Below, one piece after another: positions 58,123-64,000 of a stretch of 64,000 bases of DNA. Under the pieces are notes generated by a model. The model was not told the DNA's origin. It did not search any database and saw only the letters and a list, made by a program, of their open reading frames with translations. Every line of letters begins with the position of its first letter. The first letter of the stretch is position 1. This DNA comes from a virus. The stretch is taken from IMG/VR virus record IMGVR_UViG_3300030343_000012; one strand, 5' to 3'. The position numbers were made by a program, and so were the translations under genes.

Positions 58123-58608
58123 TTAGTCTTTCTTAGGCTTAATGCCCCAAGCAATACATCCAAATCTAGTGTCTGTGTCAATATTTGAACCGTCAAATAC
58201 AATTTCTTCTCCACCGATAGATGTTAAAGTAATACCTGTAGGTAAAGAAGGATAAAGATATAGTGGAATTAAACGAAGTCCAAGAGTATTTTTCTGGTTA
58301 GCAACCTTCTTCTCAAATTCTTCCTTTGTAAGATGCCCCTTCCCAAATTCAGACCGAATGAGAGAAATCTCTTCTTCAACATCTTCATCAGATTGCCAAC
58401 TTCCAAAATGCAAAGCCTTACATTGACTTTCTGTAAGAGTGCTCCAATCAATGTCTTTCTTGAACTGCTTTTGGACTTTTTGCCAAGCATCATTGAAACT
58501 TTTCTTTTTATAATCTTCACCCCAATGATATACTTGAATACATGCAATTTGATTTGCAAGCCATTTCAAGGTATTATTAACCTTTTCTTCTAATGAAATT
58601 TGTTTCAT
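58123..58608 (-). CDS. hypothetical protein
   Basis: ORF in the array. Confidence 0.5.
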   Translation of the reverse strand: MKQISLEEKVNNTLKWLANQIACIQVYHWGEDYKKKSFNDAWQKVQKQFKKDIDWSTLTESQCKALHFGSWQSDEDVEEEISLIRSEFGKGHLTKEEFEKKVANQKNTLGLRLIPLYLYPSLPTGITLTSIGGEEIVFDGSNIDTDTRFGCIAWGIKPKKD

Positions 58609-58774
58609 ATTACTTACATTTATGTCCTATAAGGACTGATTATTCTTCCACTTCAATGTACTTAACGGGATTGTTTGGGTCTGCACAACATGCGTGCTGA
58701 ATACATTCAAACTTACCGTCATATACACATCCCTCACACATCAAAGTAGGGTCAGGAACTTCTTTAATCATAAT

Positions 58775-59233
58775 CTATTTATTATTTAATGTATCTTTAA
58801 TATAACCTTCTTCAACACACCAATTATAGGCATTCTTGGCAGCTTCAAAGGGAGTTACTCCTTTTATTACTTCTATAGAATCACTCTCCTCTGCGTCTAT
58901 CCAATCAATAGCCCACATTCCTTCAAACTTGTATAAAGTAGGAATATAAGCCCAATCATTATCTGTTGTTTCAAGTTTACCATTCTTAAAAGTAAAGTAA
59001 GGAAGTGCTATAATATAATCCTCCAATGTTGGTGTTGAATATTTAAGTTCACAGAAACTTACCATTGTTGCAGTTTTTCCATGTTCCTTAGTCTTAGCTT
59101 CTTCAAAAGCTTCAACATCTTCTTGAGTCATCATGGATTTCACTTCATAGATAGCTGTATACTCAAGATAAGGAATTGTTGATGTTTCTGATATGTCTAC
59201 TCGATAGTTTACTAAATATTTTCTCATTGTCAA
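58775..59233 (-). CDS. hypothetical protein
   Basis: ORF in the array. Confidence 0.5.
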   Translation of the reverse strand: MTMRKYLVNYRVDISETSTIPYLEYTAIYEVKSMMTQEDVEAFEEAKTKEHGKTATMVSFCELKYSTPTLEDYIIALPYFTFKNGKLETTDNDWAYIPTLYKFEGMWAIDWIDAEESDSIEVIKGVTPFEAAKNAYNWCVEEGYIKDTLNNK

Positions 59234-59405
59234 ATATTTTATTCTTCTAATTCTTTTTGAATATCATCCAACATCTCTGAAACTTCATCTATAGATAAAT
59301 TAGAATCAAGATCAGGATGACGAGCTCTATAATAGAGGTCTCTTCGAAATTCGATGATTTTATTTATAGCTGTAATCTTACTCATCTATTAATTTAAGTT
59401 TATTA

Positions 59406-59837
59406 TTAAAATATTGAGTGTCTTTTAGTTATAGTGAATTTAGATAAATCTTGAACATCCTTTATATCGGGTCTTCCCTTTGGACTAAGCCAGTAATCAT
59501 ATCTAATATACAATTCATCATAGTCACCAAGTAACCAACATTTACGTCCATTTGAAATATCTACCAATTCATCATCTATGCAGACAACGTTTCCCTGACT
59601 ATCTTTAAGATTTGTAGTTCTCCTTATTTTAAACCAATAAGTTAGAACATCCTTAGTTTTCTTATTAATGTATACAGAAAAATCTACCGTACTTCCATAA
59701 AGTAAATTATAACCTGGATATTTAGTAAATATCTCCTTCTCTGTATCTTCAAGCTCTTCCCAAGAATGAACTATTTTATACAGTTCCTTATTTAAATATA
59801 CAAAGAACTCTGTTTTTACTATTTTACCAACGTTCAT
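59406..59837 (-). CDS. hypothetical protein
   Basis: ORF in the array. Confidence 0.5.
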   Translation of the reverse strand: MNVGKIVKTEFFVYLNKELYKIVHSWEELEDTEKEIFTKYPGYNLLYGSTVDFSVYINKKTKDVLTYWFKIRRTTNLKDSQGNVVCIDDELVDISNGRKCWLLGDYDELYIRYDYWLSPKGRPDIKDVQDLSKFTITKRHSIF

Positions 59838-60107
59838 TAATTAATATATTTATAAAAGTGCACAACCTATAATAGTAGCTGTAGTTATAAGTATTAATAT
59901 AACCCATCCTAATGCTTCATCTACTTCTGTCATTTATTTATATTTAATCCTTTATAGGATAATTAATCAATTTTTATTATTGCCATAGAGGAAACATCCC
60001 TGATATTTCCATAACAAGTGTATACTGCCTCTATGAAATCGTTCTTAGTGAGAAACTTTTCATCAGGAGGCAATGTTATATCTATTGTGAACTTAATATG
60101 TTTCATA

Positions 60108-60302
60108 CTAATATCTATTTATGTTCAAAGTGTTAAACATCAGACATATTAAACTTAAAGAGGATACTGACATAATGACTACTCCGAATATGAAAAGAGG
60201 AACACCTACAACAGCAAACCATATACTCTTAGTCATTTCCATCCCGGAATAAGACATAATATAACCAAAAAGTATTGCTATTATTAACAATACTATATTC
60301 AT
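60108..60302 (-). CDS. small membrane protein (2 TM)
   Basis: Hydrophobic 64-aa ORF. Confidence 0.45.
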   Translation of the reverse strand: MNIVLLIIAILFGYIMSYSGMEMTKSIWFAVVGVPLFIFGVVIMSVSSLSLICLMFNTLNINRY

Positions 60303-60670
60303 ACTTCTATCTCATGATTAAGATTTAGACCAAAGAGAAGATGCTGTAGTTCATGAATATATTGTATGATGTTTAAACACTCACTATTATATACAATTCT
60401 TAGAGTGTCTTTTCTAATTATAATAACTATAAATTTACTTATACTTTTCTTTCTATAATAAAGCTGTGTTTTAAAAGAAGCTTCTTCATCTTTTTCCCAT
60501 CCATTCTTCTCTAGAATCTCTGGAGTAACAGGAACACCTGATAATTCTAATTGGTGTACTGGATGTTCTACATAAGATAGCTCATAATTATTTACCCCAA
60601 GCGTATCCATAATTGTATGTATTTTATTATCATACATAACAATATCACCTTTGATATATTCTTGCTCCAT
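60299..60670 (-). CDS. hypothetical protein, paralogue of 50891..51283
   Basis: Shares N- and C-terminal blocks with 50891..51283, including ELQHLLFGLNLN. Confidence 0.55.
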   Translation of the reverse strand: MEQEYIKGDIVMYDNKIHTIMDTLGVNNYELSYVEHPVHQLELSGVPVTPEILEKNGWEKDEEASFKTQLYYRKKSISKFIVIIIRKDTLRIVYNSECLNIIQYIHELQHLLFGLNLNHEIEV

Positions 60671-61028
60671 ATACTTTACTTATTATCCATCGCAAGAGCT
60701 ATATCGTGCACTTTGCGACACATTTGACAAACATCTTCAAGACTTCTTGTATCCCAATCACAATACATTCTTCCGTGGTCTTCGGTTATTACTATAATCT
60801 GTTTATCACAGAGGATTCGCCATATCATTCTTAATTTTTGTTTCATATGCTTTACTCCTTAACTTCTTTAAAAATTACCGATTTTCCATCTGAGCGTACA
60901 CCTTCACAACATGCAAATTTTATACATACTGGATTATCCTCAAAGAAGCAACCTCTACAACCATTTTGCTCAACTGCTTCAAGAGTGATTCTTTCTCCGA
61001 CTTTAAGCTCTTTCATACGTCTAGTCTT

Positions 61029-61217
61029 TTATATATATTCATTTACCTCACCTAAAACCTTTGTTAACAGGTTTTTTAGAATCTGTAATTCATCATATGA
61101 ATATGCAGGTATCGGATCACCATTAATGGTAATATTGCCACTACTACGGTTTATCTTTAAGAAGCATTTGTTAAAGATACTATCTTTAGCTTCTACTGTT
61201 TTATTATTGTCCATCAT
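61029..61217 (-). CDS. hypothetical protein
   Basis: ORF in the array. Confidence 0.4.
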   Translation of the reverse strand: MMDNNKTVEAKDSIFNKCFLKINRSSGNITINGDPIPAYSYDELQILKNLLTKVLGEVNEYI

Positions 61218-61219
61218 AT

Positions 61220-62185
61220 CTAGCCCTCCACGTTATTTGTTGTACCTAACAATGATTCGTTGCCGATGTAAGGAATGCACTGCTTAAAAGCAAAATCTGT
61301 CATACTACGTCGGTTCATTATATGATATGGCTTATTCCAAGTACTATCAAACTTCTCAAAGAACCCTGGGAACCATTCTTCTGTATCGGTATTTCTAACA
61401 AGCACCTTATCGAAAGGCTTGAACTCAACCTTTAGCTTCAAATCAACAATCTGTTTCTTCTCTGCATCCCAAGCTTTTCCTACCTTTGAAAGGGCATCAA
61501 AAAGTTCTTTCTTTTCATCTTCTCTAGCAGGATAAAGTCTTGAAAGAAGAAAATTATCTATAGGTATATTAATTTTAACAAGTTTCTTATGTCTAACCAA
61601 AGAAACTATTGATTCTGTTATATTTTCATCCTTATGAAGTATTAAGGTTGTATGTCTTGTATATGAATCTTCATCACAACTAAGTATATCTCCATCTTTA
61701 AACTTAGGCTGAGCTTTTTCAATTTTCGAAATCTCAAGATTGAGTTTACCGTTATTTATTTCTTCTACGCTTTTGATAAATTCAAGAGCTTCTTTCTTTG
61801 ATGCTAAGATATAATAAGCTGTATCATAATAATAATAATGTGAATCCCCTAAGACTTTAATCTTGCCAAGGAACTTCGTGTAATCTTCATTCACCCATTT
61901 ATCAAAGAATACCTTGAAACCTGAACTATTTGTCAATACATCACCCTTTTTCCAAGCAAATTTACTCCAGTCTCGCATTTTCTTTGATGGGAAAATGATG
62001 CATTCTCCACTATCATACATTTTCCCATTTGACTTGACTGAATGCACATTAGTGTCTTCTGAAAAGAAGTATACTTTATCTTTGTGAACACCATTAAATT
62101 TTATATAGCCAAAAGTGGAACTATACAATTTAAGCTCGACGGGCTTATCCTTTAGGATTTCTGCTATGTTAAGTTTCTGTTCCAT
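61220..62185 (-). CDS. hypothetical protein
   Basis: ORF in the array. Confidence 0.5.
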   Translation of the reverse strand: MEQKLNIAEILKDKPVELKLYSSTFGYIKFNGVHKDKVYFFSEDTNVHSVKSNGKMYDSGECIIFPSKKMRDWSKFAWKKGDVLTNSSGFKVFFDKWVNEDYTKFLGKIKVLGDSHYYYYDTAYYILASKKEALEFIKSVEEINNGKLNLEISKIEKAQPKFKDGDILSCDEDSYTRHTTLILHKDENITESIVSLVRHKKLVKINIPIDNFLLSRLYPAREDEKKELFDALSKVGKAWDAEKKQIVDLKLKVEFKPFDKVLVRNTDTEEWFPGFFEKFDSTWNKPYHIMNRRSMTDFAFKQCIPYIGNESLLGTTNNVEG

Positions 62186-62338
62186 AATCTACTTAATTTT
62201 AACGAAATATATTGTATATTATATCTTCATATTTAAGTTTGTCTATTACTTTATTCAAGTAATCGATAGCTACTGTACAATCAGGTCTAAATTTTTTTAT
62301 TTCAGTAACTAATTGCTCTAAATCTGATAATCTAGTAT

Positions 62339-62530
62339 TCATTTATAAGTTTTATAATCGTTATTGCGTAGTTCATCGACTGAAATTTTAATATTTTCTA
62401 TAGATTCTCTTGCAAGAGTCCGTAGCTGAGTTCTGCGAACAGTATTAGAGTATAGTTTAGTCCACTGTGATTTATCCTTGAGAATCTTCACAGTATTAAT
62501 CTTTATCTTCATTACTTTCTTTATTAACAC
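62339..62530 (-). CDS. hypothetical basic protein
   Basis: ORF in the array. Confidence 0.4.
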   Translation of the reverse strand: MLIKKVMKIKINTVKILKDKSQWTKLYSNTVRRTQLRTLARESIENIKISVDELRNNDYKTYK

Positions 62531-62915
62531 TAGTTACAATAGAGTTATAAACTATATCCCAATTAGATTCTTCTTTATCTTTGAAATCAGGGTCTTGAAG
62601 ATCCTTTATTACAGCAAGATAAGCATTTTTAAATTGTTCTGATGTAATTTTCTCCCAGTTTCTAATATCATATATATTAGATACATATCTACTAATAGAA
62701 TCACGTTTTAAGCATATAAAATATATCCAATTATTTTTTATTGAAACAATTTTTAATAAATAGTTCCATACTTTATCTATGTAACAATCACCAACAGTAA
62801 ACTTTGAACGAGCCTCTTTCTTCTCTAATGCCCTAATTTTACTGTAAATATTATTACTTTCTTCCTGTAATTTCTTATATTTATTCCTTAGTTCTTCTAA
62901 TGTTTCCATAATCAA
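62496..62915 (-). CDS. hypothetical protein
   Basis: ORF in the array. Confidence 0.5.
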   Translation of the reverse strand: MIMETLEELRNKYKKLQEESNNIYSKIRALEKKEARSKFTVGDCYIDKVWNYLLKIVSIKNNWIYFICLKRDSISRYVSNIYDIRNWEKITSEQFKNAYLAVIKDLQDPDFKDKEESNWDIVYNSIVTSVNKESNEDKD

Positions 62916-63538
62916 TTTTTATAAATGGCATCAAGAATATCTTTAAAATTAGGATTATCTATTACATATTGTGCATCAGCTTCATTTTTAAATACTGGAT
63001 TACCATAATATACATCAGAAGTTGGATTAATAATATTAACTTTATAATAAGGTTTTTTTATACTCCTATCATAAGCTATCATATAGCCGCGTTCACCGCT
63101 ATTAACTTTATATTTCCAATCACCATTAAAATATTTAGCAATATCCATAAGATTACTTATTGCAATTATTTTCTTACGAGTTGACGTACTTACAGTAATA
63201 GATGAATTAAGATATTCACACGCAACAATTTCTGCTATTGTTATCCATTTACTCCTAAATTTGATAATACCCTTAGCTAAATCACTATTTTCCAAGTCTA
63301 TCTCCATTCCTTCAGGAATATCAATAGTTAATTGATTATTCTTTATTTCCATATCTTTTATTTCTTTAAATATTACACTAGTGTTATCCGATCTGCTATT
63401 AGGTATACAATTACCCACAGATGGTCCAATAAGACCACATAGTTTACCATTAAATGCACAATGTGTACATAAAATAGATTTTACTACTTGATAGGTTTTA
63501 CCATCATAAGTAAATACTTCACCTATTTTTCTTTCCAT
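62912..63538 (-). CDS. hypothetical protein
   Basis: ORF in the array. Confidence 0.5.
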   Translation of the reverse strand: MERKIGEVFTYDGKTYQVVKSILCTHCAFNGKLCGLIGPSVGNCIPNSRSDNTSVIFKEIKDMEIKNNQLTIDIPEGMEIDLENSDLAKGIIKFRSKWITIAEIVACEYLNSSITVSTSTRKKIIAISNLMDIAKYFNGDWKYKVNSGERGYMIAYDRSIKKPYYKVNIINPTSDVYYGNPVFKNEADAQYVIDNPNFKDILDAIYKN

Positions 63539-63966
63539 AATTTTCTTGTATCATATTTTTTATCTGGCTGTACTTTTATATAGTTACCAGTATATATAAG
63601 CCTATTTGATACTACTTCACCATTACTATTTAAACAATACAGAGTACCTGCAGGAATAAGAAATTCTCCTAAAAATATTGAATACTCTAATAGAGATAAA
63701 GTATACCGAAGATTTTTTTGAGTATATAAATCTACAGCAGCTGGATATAGTGGATATAATATACAGTTAAGATAACTATGTAATCCATATTCTATTGAAT
63801 CTGCAAATATAATTGGTTCAACTACTAATTGATTTGCAGGATAGTCAAAATTACTATAGAAAAATGGTTTAAAAGTACCCTTATCAGCATAAGTACCTAT
63901 CTTATATACTTTAATACCTCTTTTAGCTACTAGTACCTTACTTTCTTTAGTCATATAAAAACACAT
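63523..63966 (-). CDS. hypothetical protein
   Basis: ORF in the array. Confidence 0.5.
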   Translation of the reverse strand: MCFYMTKESKVLVAKRGIKVYKIGTYADKGTFKPFFYSNFDYPANQLVVEPIIFADSIEYGLHSYLNCILYPLYPAAVDLYTQKNLRYTLSLLEYSIFLGEFLIPAGTLYCLNSNGEVVSNRLIYTGNYIKVQPDKKYDTRKLWKEK

Positions 63967-64000
63967 AAGCTCGATATTAAATTGAATTAAAAGATTCTTT

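Noticed and set aside
167-63184. All plus-strand ORFs in the track, such as 167..418, 3323..3649, 12649..12885, 13690..13986, 14044..14370, 27395..27808, 29944..30414, 42897..43217, 43920..44224 and 60838..61287
   Set aside because: Each lies entirely inside a longer minus-strand ORF that has recognisable protein motifs or sits in the consistent gene array. Their translations are low-complexity (Ser/Leu/Ile/Phe-rich), as expected from antisense reading of AT-rich coding DNA.
1-64000. CRISPR arrays, integrase, transposase or other mobile-element hallmarks
   Set aside because: No regularly spaced direct repeats with unique spacers, and no recombinase or transposase motifs, were seen in any ORF. 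The only repeats are short motifs (ACTTAG, ATCTAAT).

Overview
This 64-kb window is AT-rich (roughly 30% GC), and essentially every supported gene lies on the minus strand, tightly packed with many overlapping start and stop codons. No integrase, transposase or CRISPR array was seen. The content fits a segment of a large virulent dsDNA phage, or a phage-like element, from a low-GC host that is probably anaerobic. Replication and nucleotide-metabolism genes are recognisable: a sigma-70-family factor, an ATP-dependent DNA ligase, an Rnl2-like RNA ligase, three calcineurin-like phosphoesterases, a dUTPase, an anaerobic class III ribonucleotide reductase (NrdD) with its activase NrdG, a thioredoxin, a Toprim primase, a DnaB-like helicase, an SF2 helicase, an AAA_24/Sak4-like ATPase, RNase H, a HAD nucleotidase and a GatB/YqeY-domain protein. 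A cluster of six tRNAs (Tyr, Met-like, Thr, Ala, Asp, Gly) lies at 36.7-37.8 kb, and three rho-independent terminators were identified. The most unusual content is a module of accessory-metabolism-like genes encoded inside the phage gene array: a P2-type, Ca2+-like P-type ATPase (42626-45085) followed by a tiny single-TM peptide, two adjacent TerD-domain proteins, an acyl-carrier protein, a vWA protein that resembles TerY, and a PurA/PurZ-like adenylosuccinate-synthetase homologue. Together these resemble a phage-borne Ter-type Ca2+/metabolite stress module. Other points of interest are a tRNA-like minihelix inside a ~740-bp non-coding region (52.4-53.1 kb), an iteron-like repeat region (34.0-34.3 kb), a recurring ATCTAAT upstream motif, and an internally duplicated gene pair. 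All calls come from reading the sequence and ORF translations; no database search was run.
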